From Candidatus Velthaea sp. (GTDB lineage Bacteria; Vulcanimicrobiota; Vulcanimicrobiia; Vulcanimicrobiales; Vulcanimicrobiaceae), in NCBI GenBank assembly GCA_965214935.1, contig CBDCCS010000003.1, forward strand, positions 1 to 64,000: 64,000 nt of DNA. Direction: 5' to 3'. The translations under genes and the position numbers were made by a program. Below are positions 51,100-60,762 of the stretch, piece by piece. Every line of letters begins with the position of its first letter. Position 1 is the stretch's first letter. Below the pieces are notes generated by a model. It was not told the DNA's origin. It worked only from the letters and a program-made list of their open reading frames with translations, and ran no database searches.

Positions 51100-52479
51100 A
51101 TGAGCGCTTTTCGGCACGAACGTCTAGCAAGCCGGGATCCGGTCGAGCAGCGACTACCGCCGGGTCAGATGGCGGCGATCGGCTTGCAGCATGTGCTCGT
51201 GATGTATGCCGGTGCCATTGCCGTCCCGCTGATCGTGGGCGGCGCTCTGCATTTGCCCAAGGAGCAGCTGGCGGGACTTATCGACGCCGATCTGTTTGCG
51301 TGCGGCCTGGCAACGCTTTTGCAGTGCATCGGTTTCGGCGGCTTCGGCATCCGTTTACCGGTCGTCATGGGCGTAACGTTTGCAGCGGTCGGTCCGGTCA
51401 TTGCGATCGGCAGTTCGCCGCTGGGTTTGCCCGGTGTCTACGGTGCGGTCATTGCATCCGGAGTGTTTGCGATACTCATCGCGCCGGTCTTTAGCCGGCT
51501 GCTCCGTTTCTTTCCGCCGCTCGTGACCGGAACGCTCATCACGGTCATCGGAATAACGTTGCTTCAAGTCGGTATTGCTTGGGTCGGTGGCGGCGTTGGT
51601 GCAAAGCACTTCGGCGCTCCCGTCAATCTCGTGCTGGCAGCGACCGTTCTGGCCGTCATTCTGATCATAAACCGGTTCTTGCGCGGCTTCTTGGCAAACG
51701 TCAGCGTTCTCGCCGGATTGGCGGCCGGGTTTTTAATCGCCATTCCGCTCGGTTTGGTCGATTTTTCCGGCGTCGGGCGGGCCGATCTCGTCGGCATCGT
51801 GTTGCCGTTCCGTTTTGGACCGCCACGCTTCGACCTCGCCGCAATCGTTTCGCTTTGCATCGTGATGCTCGTAACGATGGTCGAATCGACCGGCATGTTT
51901 TTAGCGCTCGGCGAGTTATGCGAACGGCCGGTCAAACCGGCGACGCTCGTACGTGGATTGCGCGCCGACGGGTTAGGCGCGGTCATCGGCGGTCTGTTCA
52001 ATCCGTTTCCGTACACGTCGTTTTCGCAAAATGTCGGCCTGGTGGGAATGACCGGCGTCCGCAGCCGCTGGGCGGTCGCAACGAGTGGCGCGATCCTGGT
52101 CGTTCTCGGCTTATTTCCGAAGCTCGCGACGATCGTTGCGTCGATCCCGCAAGCCGTTCTGGGCGGTGCCGGAATCGCGATGTTCGGTATGGTCGCCGCG
52201 ACCGGCATCAGGATTTTAAGCGGTGCGGAATTGCAGAAACGGCACAATGCGTTAATCGTAGCCGTGAGCATTGGAATCGGGATGATCCCGCTCGTCGCGC
52301 CGACGATGTTCGAACAGTTGCCGCAATGGACGGCGCCGTTCGTCCATAGCGGGATCACGCTCGCGGCGGTGACCGCCGTCGCGCTCAACGTGTTCTTTAA
52401 TAACGAGCGGCGTCCGATACACAAATCGCCGTTAGCCGACGCGGACGTTGCGTTGGGCGAACCGGCCGGCGTCCGCTGA
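51100..52479 (+). CDS. Nucleobase:cation symporter-2 (xanthine/uric acid permease)
   Basis: GLQHVLVMYAG, VESTG and the NAT signature FSQNVGLV.MTG. Confidence 0.93.
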   Translation: MSAFRHERLASRDPVEQRLPPGQMAAIGLQHVLVMYAGAIAVPLIVGGALHLPKEQLAGLIDADLFACGLATLLQCIGFGGFGIRLPVVMGVTFAAVGPVIAIGSSPLGLPGVYGAVIASGVFAILIAPVFSRLLRFFPPLVTGTLITVIGITLLQVGIAWVGGGVGAKHFGAPVNLVLAATVLAVILIINRFLRGFLANVSVLAGLAAGFLIAIPLGLVDFSGVGRADLVGIVLPFRFGPPRFDLAAIVSLCIVMLVTMVESTGMFLALGELCERPVKPATLVRGLRADGLGAVIGGLFNPFPYTSFSQNVGLVGMTGVRSRWAVATSGAILVVLGLFPKLATIVASIPQAVLGGAGIAMFGMVAATGIRILSGAELQKRHNALIVAVSIGIGMIPLVAPTMFEQLPQWTAPFVHSGITLAAVTAVALNVFFNNERRPIHKSPLADADVALGEPAGVR

Positions 52480-52523
52480 CCGGGAGCGATACTTCGCCGC
52501 TCGAGCCGTCCAACGCAACGTCG

Positions 52524-52961
52524 CTACGTTTTTGCGTCGTGCTTCTTTGCGTTTCGTGTCGCCCGATCGTTGAAATGCGCGATGGCCTCAGCGAGATTAT
52601 TTTTCGTCATGCGCGACGTTGTCTTCAGGCCGCGTTCGCGCGCGAGCTCGACGAGCTGCTGTTTTGATTTTGAGAGCATGTCGACACCGCCGTACGAAGC
52701 ACCGCCCGGGTTCGGACCGCCTCCTTGCGATCGCGGATCTGACGGGCCGCGCTGCTGTTTGCGCTCCCAGTGGTCGTCGACTTTTTCAAACGAGTGTTTG
52801 ACGGCGCCCCACGCCGCCCGGTGAGCACGCGCCGCATCGCCGTCGTAGGTCGCTTCAGCGCTTTGGAGGGTCTCTTCGTAGATGTCTTGCGCGTGTTTCG
52901 GCGACCGCTCGAGAGTTGACGGCAGCGGCGCGAAGTCAGCGTTCTTCTTTTTTGCCGGCAT
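52524..52961 (-). CDS. ChaB-family protein with C-terminal Rho-N-like helical domain
   Basis: LPSTL.RSP.HAQ.IY, A.RAAWGAVK..FEK..DHW; C-terminal KQQLVELARERGL..SRMTK. Confidence 0.82.
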   Translation of the reverse strand: MPAKKKNADFAPLPSTLERSPKHAQDIYEETLQSAEATYDGDAARAHRAAWGAVKHSFEKVDDHWERKQQRGPSDPRSQGGGPNPGGASYGGVDMLSKSKQQLVELARERGLKTTSRMTKNNLAEAIAHFNDRATRNAKKHDAKT

Positions 52962-53121
52962 GGTCGGCGTATACCCCGGCGGCAGCGCAATTTGTCGGCT
53001 TGAAGTGACCTCGAGCCGTGATCGCAAGGGGGCGATGCCGGCAGGTTTGCGAATGCCGCGCGACGAGCTACAAGCAAATGCAGTCTCGCCGAATGAAAGC
53101 TCGTATGACCGGTGCACGCGC

Positions 53122-53973
53122 ATGAATGCGTTCGGTGTGCACGCCCTCGTTTGGACCGGCGGCTGGACTGCCGATGAGGCCGCCCTAGCCATCTCACAAA
53201 CGAAAAAAGCCGGTTACGAGATTATCGAGATTCCGTTGCTCGATCCGGAATCGGTCGATGCGAAGATGACCCGGCGATTACTCGACCAGCACGGTCTCAA
53301 AGCGACCTGTTCGCTCGGACTGTCGGCGGCGACCGATATTTCAAGCGAAGATCCGGCAACGGTTGCGGCAGGCGAAGCGATGTTACGTTTGGCGCTCGAC
53401 CGCGTCGTCGAATTGGGCTCTCCGTACATGGGTGGCATCCTCTACAGCGCATTTCAGAAATACATGCATCCGCCGACGCCTGCCGGCCGCGCCAACGCGA
53501 TCGGCGTTCTGCAGCGGCTTGCGCGCGAAGCAGCGAAAAACAGCGTTACGCTCGGGCTCGAAGTCGTCAACCGGTATGAGACCAATCTCATCAACACCGC
53601 CGATGAAGCACTGGCCTTTATTGCCGAAGTCGATGAAGCGAATGTCGGCGTGCATCTCGATACATACCATATGAACATCGAGGAAAACGACATGTCCGGC
53701 CCCGTGCGCCGCTGCGCGGACAAGCTGGTGTACGTGCACGTCGGCGAGAGCCATCGAGGCTATCTCGGTTCGGGCTCCGTCGACTTTTCGACGTTCTTCA
53801 AAGCGCTCGCCGAAATGAAGTATACCGGCACCATTACGTTCGAAAGTTTTTCGTCGGCGATCGTCTCGCCGACACTGTCGAGTATTCTGGGCGTATGGCG
53901 CAATCTGTGGACCGACGGTTACGATCTTGCGGTCAGCGCAAAAGCATTCGTCACTTCGCAACTGCACCATTAA
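53122..53973 (+). CDS. D-psicose/D-tagatose/L-ribulose 3-epimerase family protein
   Basis: EVVNRYE, LDTYHMNIEE, HVGESHRG and FESF metal/catalytic motifs. Confidence 0.88.
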   Translation: MNAFGVHALVWTGGWTADEAALAISQTKKAGYEIIEIPLLDPESVDAKMTRRLLDQHGLKATCSLGLSAATDISSEDPATVAAGEAMLRLALDRVVELGSPYMGGILYSAFQKYMHPPTPAGRANAIGVLQRLAREAAKNSVTLGLEVVNRYETNLINTADEALAFIAEVDEANVGVHLDTYHMNIEENDMSGPVRRCADKLVYVHVGESHRGYLGSGSVDFSTFFKALAEMKYTGTITFESFSSAIVSPTLSSILGVWRNLWTDGYDLAVSAKAFVTSQLHH

Positions 53974-54018
53974 AGAACGGGCCGGCCCGGCCGCGCCTTA
54001 GCGGTCCGGTGGTCGCCC

Positions 54019-54789
54019 TTAGCTCAGAACGATCCCGCCGTCGACGTTGAGCGATTGTCCGGTAATGAATGCTGATGCATCCGATGCAAAGAACACCGCC
54101 GCACCGACGACGTCTTCGGGCTGTCCAAGCCGGCGCAACGCAGTCCGGCCGACCCACATGGCGACGTTGCTTTCATCGGTGAGATTCGCGCGGCCCATAT
54201 CGGTGACGATGATACCGGGACAGATCGAGTTTGCCGTAATCCCGTCCGCTCCGACTTCTTGCGCCAGCACGCGAGTGAAGCCCATGACGGCCGACTTCGT
54301 CGCCGCGTAATGCGCTTGCCGCGGTCCGCCGTGCTTCCCGCCGATCGAAGCAATGTTGACGATCCGGCCGTAATGCCGAGCGCGCATTTGCGGCAATAGC
54401 GCATGCACGACCAAAAACGTGCCGCGAGCATTGACGGCGAACACCTGATCCCATTGGTCGACCGTTAAATCTTCGACCAGTGCCTCGGTGAGTATGCCTG
54501 CATTGTTCACGACGGCATCGACGGCCCCGAATGCGCGAACTGCGTCTGCGGCCATGGCGTCGACATCCGCTTGCTGCGACACGTCGCCGTAGGTCAGGAG
54601 CGTACGAGCACCGCGAGCAGAAACTTCCCGTTCGACTTGCGCTAACTGCTCGCGCTGACGATCGAGATCGTTGAGGACGAGGTTGAAGCCGCTCTGCGCA
54701 AGACCGAGCGCGATCGCCCGGCCGATACCTCGGCTCGCCCCGGTCACAAGTGCAGTGCGCGGGTTCGTTGAGGCCGATGCGTCGCTCAT
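54019..54789 (-). CDS. Classical SDR oxidoreductase (FabG-like)
   Basis: TGASRGIG, NNAG, YAATK and VDGG motifs. Confidence 0.92.
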   Translation of the reverse strand: MSDASASTNPRTALVTGASRGIGRAIALGLAQSGFNLVLNDLDRQREQLAQVEREVSARGARTLLTYGDVSQQADVDAMAADAVRAFGAVDAVVNNAGILTEALVEDLTVDQWDQVFAVNARGTFLVVHALLPQMRARHYGRIVNIASIGGKHGGPRQAHYAATKSAVMGFTRVLAQEVGADGITANSICPGIIVTDMGRANLTDESNVAMWVGRTALRRLGQPEDVVGAAVFFASDASAFITGQSLNVDGGIVLS

Positions 54790-54988
54790 GATGTACACTT
54801 TAGAGCGCTCGGGCGAAGGTCCTCGCCGCCCGACCCTGCGCGTAACATCCGGCGTGCCGATACGTCTACTGGCGCTAAGCAACCGGAAAGGGGTCCATGC
54901 CGGCAATGCCATGCATATGGCACTTCACTACCGTATCATGCACCGGTATGCACGTCGGCGCGCGGTCTTTCACCGCATGATTGAAAGT

Positions 54989-57886
54989 ATGCTACCGGCG
55001 ACCGGTCTAACCGCATTGCAGCTGGCGGCGATTGCACACCGCGGCAGTAACGCGATCGTCGAAGGGTTGCCCGGTGCGGGCAAGACGCGCGTGATCGTCG
55101 AGCGTTGCCGCTCGTTACTCGCCGCAGGTATCCCGGCCGGCGCGTTGCTGGTGTTGACCTCGCAGCGGGCGGCAACCGAGTTGCGCGCGCGTATCACGAC
55201 GCAGCTGAGCGGCGCGTTACCGCTCGTCTATACGTTTCACGGATTTGCATCGTGGCTGGTCGATCAAAGCGAGCCCGGCGGCGGACAGCGGCGGATTAGC
55301 CGGGCCGCTCAACGCGAAGTCTTCGCCTACGCCGCCGCATCAACGGGATTGACGTCGTTGCCGCCGTATACCGCCCGATCGGCGCACTTCCTCGCGCTTG
55401 CTGAAGTAAGGGCCGATGAACTGCGCGAATCGCCGGCGGCTGCACGCCGAAAGCTGGCGGAGCATGCAACGCCGCGACTGCGCGACATCATCGAACTCGA
55501 GGCGAGTCGCGACCGTCTGCGCGAGCGGCTCGACATCGCGGACGACGCCGGCGTCGTCGCGCAAGCCGTCGAACTCGCCGGCCGGGCCGAACCGCGTCCG
55601 GCCCGCATCTTGCTGCAACGCTACAAACACATCTTGATCGACGAGTTTCAAGATGCCGACGCGACCCAACTGGCGCTGCTGCAGCACTTGCATGGCGAGA
55701 TTTTTGCCGTCGGCGATCGCAATCAGACGATCTACGCCTTCCGTCGCTCGGCGCAAGCCGCTCAAATGCAGGCTCGCGCCGCCCTTGCAATGACGGTTTT
55801 CCGGCTCGGCCCGTCCCTTCGTTGTCCCGCCGAGATTTCTGATTTCGCCCGTAGCGGCCGGCTTGCGGCCTCCTCGGCGGAGGTCGCGGCGGCCGGTGCG
55901 ATTCGGTTTCGGCGCGCCGTGTCGCCACGCGACGAAGCAGCGCTCGTCGGACAATGCATTGCCGGAGCCGTCGCTGCCGGGACGCCGGCGGGCGACATTG
56001 CCGTGCTGTTGCGCAACCCCGAACCGATGACGCGGCTGCTCGAACGCGAATTGCGTTCGCGCGGTGTCGCCGTTGCGGAGCGCAGCGGGCGCGCGGTGCT
56101 CGACGATCCGGCAGTCGACGTCATTCGCGCGGCTTTTACGGCTTTCGCGGCACCCGATCGGAACGACGGCTGGATCGAGTTGTTGAGTCATCCGGCATTG
56201 GCGATCCCGCCGCTCGAACTGCGTTTGGCCGTTGCCGCGACGCCGCTGCAAAGTCTCGAGGCGGTTTCGGCGCTGCTCGAGACGCTCGATGTCCGCCAAG
56301 TCGACGGTACCGCGCGCGTGCACGGCGTGCACGTCGCCGCTGCGTTACGAGCGGCGCACCTCGATTGGCAACGGAACGACGTGCAGAGCGCGGCGCGGGT
56401 GTTAGCGGCGGAATTGAACCTGTCGCGTTGCGCCTTGCTTGACGGCGGCGCTTTGGACGCGTTCTTCGGTGCAGTAGCGGACGTTTGCGACGTGCGAGCT
56501 AGACTGCAGTGCGACACATCGGCCGCTGCGAACTTCGGTGCGCTCCTTGACGGAAGTCGTTCGTTGCGTACGGCTTCGGCGGCCGGCGCAAGCGAATCCG
56601 GCGTGCACATCATGAGCGTACATGCCGCCAAAGGCCGCGAGTTCGAGTTTGTTATTATAGCCGATGCCGCCGCCGGTCGCTTTCCCGACAATTGGCAGCC
56701 GGATCAGGTGCTCGGCGCGCATGATTTCGCGGCAGCGCGCGGGTGCGGCGTCGACGTCGGGACGCTGGTCGACGAGCACGCTGCCGCCGAACGCGCACTG
56801 TGGTGTGTTGCGCTCACGCGCACGAAACGAAATCTGCTCGTCACCTGGTCGGAGACGGCCATCGACGGTTCGCCGCAACGCGCAAGCCGTTTCATTCCGC
56901 TCGATGTCCGCGATGGGCAAGCGCAGCGACCCGCTTTTCGCGCACCGCTGGACGATCGTTCGACCGGCATCCGCGATGTGCAAAGCCCATCGCCGGCGCG
57001 ACTAACCCGTGCCGTTGCCGTAAGTACGCTCGAAACATGGCTCACGTGCCGCCGCAGGTTCTACTACTCCGCGCTGCTTCGCGTCGGCGGTTCGCAACGC
57101 AGCTTCAAAGCCAAACTTGGAACGCTCGTCCATCGGGCGATCCAAGAATTTCATTCGGCTGTTCGCGATTTCACGCACGTCGAGGCCGGCGCGCATGCGG
57201 ACTGGTCGGCACGATTACAAGATGCCGTCGCGACCGTTCTGGCATCCATCGATCGGCCGTTCGAGCCGTTTGAATCGGCGCTTGAAACGTCAGCGGCGAT
57301 CCGCGCCGCGAATCGGCTCGTCGGCCGGTATGCGCGTGAACTGGAGCGCGCGGCGCGCGATACGCGAGGTTTTGCGGTAATCGCAAGCGAGAAGCGCGTC
57401 GATTTTTCACTTGCCGGTATTGCCTTTACCGGGAAAATCGATCGCGTCGATGCATTCGCGGATGGAACGCTTGCCCTTGTCGACATCAAGACCGGTGCAT
57501 TTGCAAAAGACAAAGCGATGGCCGATGGTTTCCGCAAACTCGGCGCGGCAGCACAAACGAGCTTGTGGGTCAAGGCGCCGTCGCGAGTAAATCCGCAACT
57601 GGCGCTGTACCGTCTGGCGATTGCTGCCCGGACGCTTGCGTTCGTTTATCTGGATGCAGCCTCGAAGGCGGACGATTATGCCGATGCGGCTTATACCGAT
57701 CGGCTGGTGTGCGTCGATGAGCAGCCTGCACTCGCGGCGATCGACGCGGTTACCGCAACGACGTTCAGCGAACCCTGGGCGACGGGGGCGGTTCGCTCCC
57801 TCGATCCGACCCGCTTTGCACGCTCGTGCCGTTCGTGCGAATTTACCGCGGTTTGTCCGGGCTATCTTGAGGACGACGAACCATGA
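54989..57886 (+). CDS. UvrD-like helicase fused to an Fe-S PD-(D/E)xK nuclease (AdnA-like)
   Basis: GLPGAGKT, DEFQD, GDRNQTIYAFR, SVHAAKGREF, ALTR; nuclease GKIDRVD..DIKTG..QLALY; Cys pattern C...CxxC-x5-C. Start 54977 or 54989. Confidence 0.85.
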   Translation: MLPATGLTALQLAAIAHRGSNAIVEGLPGAGKTRVIVERCRSLLAAGIPAGALLVLTSQRAATELRARITTQLSGALPLVYTFHGFASWLVDQSEPGGGQRRISRAAQREVFAYAAASTGLTSLPPYTARSAHFLALAEVRADELRESPAAARRKLAEHATPRLRDIIELEASRDRLRERLDIADDAGVVAQAVELAGRAEPRPARILLQRYKHILIDEFQDADATQLALLQHLHGEIFAVGDRNQTIYAFRRSAQAAQMQARAALAMTVFRLGPSLRCPAEISDFARSGRLAASSAEVAAAGAIRFRRAVSPRDEAALVGQCIAGAVAAGTPAGDIAVLLRNPEPMTRLLERELRSRGVAVAERSGRAVLDDPAVDVIRAAFTAFAAPDRNDGWIELLSHPALAIPPLELRLAVAATPLQSLEAVSALLETLDVRQVDGTARVHGVHVAAALRAAHLDWQRNDVQSAARVLAAELNLSRCALLDGGALDAFFGAVADVCDVRARLQCDTSAAANFGALLDGSRSLRTASAAGASESGVHIMSVHAAKGREFEFVIIADAAAGRFPDNWQPDQVLGAHDFAAARGCGVDVGTLVDEHAAAERALWCVALTRTKRNLLVTWSETAIDGSPQRASRFIPLDVRDGQAQRPAFRAPLDDRSTGIRDVQSPSPARLTRAVAVSTLETWLTCRRRFYYSALLRVGGSQRSFKAKLGTLVHRAIQEFHSAVRDFTHVEAGAHADWSARLQDAVATVLASIDRPFEPFESALETSAAIRAANRLVGRYARELERAARDTRGFAVIASEKRVDFSLAGIAFTGKIDRVDAFADGTLALVDIKTGAFAKDKAMADGFRKLGAAAQTSLWVKAPSRVNPQLALYRLAIAARTLAFVYLDAASKADDYADAAYTDRLVCVDEQPALAAIDAVTATTFSEPWATGAVRSLDPTRFARSCRSCEFTAVCPGYLEDDEP

Positions 57887-60252
57887 CGCAGTGGTGGCGA
57901 ACGGCGCTGGGCGGCGGACGACTCCCGAGCGCCGATCAAGAAGCGGCGATCGTTGCTCCGCCGTTCGGCCGGCAGATCGTTGAAGCGGGTGCCGGAACCG
58001 GTAAGACCTCGACCTTGGCATTGCGCGCTGTCTATCTCATTGAAGCCGGTCATGTTCGCGCCGACCAAATCGTCGTCTTGACGTTTACGAAAAAAGCCGC
58101 GGCGGAAATCGGCTCGCGGATCGCCGACACCATCGATCGGGCGAAAGCGAGCGGCGCTGCCTTTGACGACGCTGCACAGCAGGTCGAATGCACGACCATT
58201 CACGGGCTGGCAGCGGCGCTGTTACGCGAATGCAGTTTTGATCTTGATCTGCTGACGCCGCCGCGGCCGATCAGCGACGGCGAAGCATATGGAGTGTTCC
58301 ACGAGTCGTTTGCGGCGTTGTTAAATGGCCGGCTGGGCGTCGATGCCTCAGCCTTTCCGGTCGCGGAGACGAACATCGACGTTCTCGAACGCGATCTTGG
58401 CCGGCTTGCATTGCGGCTTAAAAATCACGGCATTTCCGTTGCAACGTTCGTAAGCCGGGCCTTGGCGCAGGCCGATCGCCTCGCCGAACAAACGTGGGGA
58501 CAAATCTGGACCGCCGGCGCCGTCAAGACGAAACGCACGAAGTGTAAACCCAAAGAAACGATATCGGCCGGGCAACGCGCGATCGAAGCCGAACGCGAGC
58601 GGGCCAATATCCTCGTTGCAGGCGCGGTTTTGGCCGACTTCGACCGCCGGCTCGGACAACGCGGCGTCGCAACGTACGGCGATCTTATCGGCCTCACGAC
58701 GCGTTTGTTGCTCGAACGGCCGGCGTTGCAAATTCGACTGCGCGAGCGTTGGCGGTATGTGTTGCTCGACGAAAGTCAGGATACCAGTCGCCTGCAGTTG
58801 GCATTCATCGAAGCGGTCTTCGGCGGTCAGGACGAACCAAATGCGGCCGGCATGATGCCTGTCGGGGATATGCGACAATCGATCTACGGCTTCAACGGAG
58901 CCGACGAGCGCGTGATGCAACAATTAGGTGCCGGATTGCAGACGCATCGACTAACGATCAATCGCCGATCGGCGCAAGAAATCGTCGATGCGGCGCACGC
59001 CGTTTTACTCGAGGCGACGATCGTCGACGCTCGCACGCAGCGACTGTCGGCAGCGGCCGGTCCGGGCGGCCTCGATTGCGTGCGGGTCGAGCACTTCGGT
59101 GACGTCGGCGAGACGATTAAAGAGCACGTCGAGCGTGAAGCAGCGGCGATCGCACGCGAAACTCAGCGGCTGCTTACCGGCGGTCGGATCGGCAGCAGCG
59201 ATATCGCGATACTCGTCCGGCGCCGAACGCATGCGACGGCCTATGTGCGTGCGCTCAATCGGCTAGGCATCGCTGCTGCGCTCGATCGGCGAAACGGCCT
59301 GTTCGCAGCTGACGAGATTCGGGACATCCTGGCCTGGATGGCGCTCGTACTCGATCTCGACGACCGTCAAGCCGCAGTCCGCATTCTGCAATCACGGTTG
59401 TGCGGCTTAAACGACGCGTCGATGATCGAATTGACCGCCCGGCCGGATTGGCTGTCGGCTGCGCTGCGCGGCTCGCTCGACGGTGACTTCGACGCCGACT
59501 TCCACGCGCGATTAGCCGGAATGCGGGCGCTGGTTATCGGTCTGCTGCCGCTCGTTGCGCTGCCCCTGACGGCGGCAATCGAACAGCTCGTCGAACGGCT
59601 GCCGCTGGCTGCCAGTTATCGCGGTCTGGGCGCAGCGGTCGCGGCACAAGCCGGTGCAAATTTGCGCGGCTTCGAGGAACTCGCTTTCGCGTTCGCCGCC
59701 GAGCATCCGGGCGCGCGGCTACGAGATTTTTTCGCCGATGTAAAACGGCGTATTATCTATGACGACGATCCGCAGGAAGCCGAACTCGACCTCGACGGCG
59801 TCCGCGTGCTGACGATCCATCAAGCAAAAGGACTGGAATGGCCGTTCGTTTTCGTCGCATGTGTTACGAAAAATCAGTATGGCAGCATGGAACAAACCGA
59901 TCGCGTCATCAATTACGATGTGAGCAGCGGTGCCTTCGCAATGAAAAACGACGTCGACGGCCGCGAAACCTTACGCTGGGTGATGTCGATGTCCGAGCAC
60001 GATCCGCAAACGGGCGAACGTATCGAACCTGCACCGCGTAAAGTTGCGGGCGAACGGGAGGAAGCGCGCGTTTTCTACGTCGCCGTCACACGCGCGAAAC
60101 AGCGCGTGTACATCACGGCACCGGCGCCGGCCGGCGATCGAGCGGCGAGTCATTTGCATGCAATCCGCACCTGGGCGCAAGCCGCCGAACCGGGTATCGA
60201 TTTGACCTTTGACGCTGGCGCGAAGGCTGCGGAGGGCACGAGCGCGCCCTAG
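57883..60252 (+). CDS. UvrD/SF1 ATP-dependent helicase without nuclease domain (AdnB-like motor)
   Basis: AGAGTGKT, TFTKKAA, DESQD, GD.RQSIYGF, TIHQAKGLEW and YVAVTRAK; ATGA overlap with the upstream gene. Confidence 0.9.
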   Translation: MTQWWRTALGGGRLPSADQEAAIVAPPFGRQIVEAGAGTGKTSTLALRAVYLIEAGHVRADQIVVLTFTKKAAAEIGSRIADTIDRAKASGAAFDDAAQQVECTTIHGLAAALLRECSFDLDLLTPPRPISDGEAYGVFHESFAALLNGRLGVDASAFPVAETNIDVLERDLGRLALRLKNHGISVATFVSRALAQADRLAEQTWGQIWTAGAVKTKRTKCKPKETISAGQRAIEAERERANILVAGAVLADFDRRLGQRGVATYGDLIGLTTRLLLERPALQIRLRERWRYVLLDESQDTSRLQLAFIEAVFGGQDEPNAAGMMPVGDMRQSIYGFNGADERVMQQLGAGLQTHRLTINRRSAQEIVDAAHAVLLEATIVDARTQRLSAAAGPGGLDCVRVEHFGDVGETIKEHVEREAAAIARETQRLLTGGRIGSSDIAILVRRRTHATAYVRALNRLGIAAALDRRNGLFAADEIRDILAWMALVLDLDDRQAAVRILQSRLCGLNDASMIELTARPDWLSAALRGSLDGDFDADFHARLAGMRALVIGLLPLVALPLTAAIEQLVERLPLAASYRGLGAAVAAQAGANLRGFEELAFAFAAEHPGARLRDFFADVKRRIIYDDDPQEAELDLDGVRVLTIHQAKGLEWPFVFVACVTKNQYGSMEQTDRVINYDVSSGAFAMKNDVDGRETLRWVMSMSEHDPQTGERIEPAPRKVAGEREEARVFYVAVTRAKQRVYITAPAPAGDRAASHLHAIRTWAQAAEPGIDLTFDAGAKAAEGTSAP

Positions 60253-60259
60253 CGATTCG

Positions 60260-60667
60260 TTAGATTGCCGTTTTCATCGGCGCATTAAAGCGCGGGTCGG
60301 TATAACAACCGTAGCGCATCGCATCCGTCACGCCCAGAACCAGTTGCTTGCGCAGCGAACCCCTTGCAAGTAAACCGCTTGCACCCGCTAAATGGCAGGC
60401 AACGCCCCATTTCGGCTCAATGACGCTGGTATAAACCATGATGATACACTGGGAGAGCACGAAACGCACCTGACGTAGCAGCTCGAGCGGATCGATCTGC
60501 AAGGCGTCAAGATTGCAAATAAGGAGTCTTGGCTTGAGCTTTCCCAGTTCGATCACGTCAAGGTTCGCGATAACCGGAGATTCGGACAAGCCGGCTTCTT
60601 TGAGGACCGCTGCAAACAAAAGGGCGTCGTCCGACTCGAGACCGGCGAAACAAGAGATATGGTTCAT
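60260..60667 (-). CDS. Atypical stand-alone receiver-like domain protein
   Basis: KPRLLICNLD, LELLRQVR, IMVYTS, AGASGLL and Y.DPRF resemble a NarL-type REC domain without canonical phosphorylation residues. Start uncertain. Confidence 0.6.
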   Translation of the reverse strand: MNHISCFAGLESDDALLFAAVLKEAGLSESPVIANLDVIELGKLKPRLLICNLDALQIDPLELLRQVRFVLSQCIIMVYTSVIEPKWGVACHLAGASGLLARGSLRKQLVLGVTDAMRYGCYTDPRFNAPMKTAI

Positions 60668-60762
60668 TACTGTTGACGCTTTCACCATGCGAGTCACCGG
60701 CGATCGTGCGGCAATGCTTGCCGCGTGAATCACCGTAGCACGGCAGCCGCGCTCGGACTATC

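Noticed and set aside
54671..54988. N-terminal extension of the AdnA-like ORF
   Set aside because: It overlaps the divergent SDR gene and promoter region; helicase motifs start after 54989.
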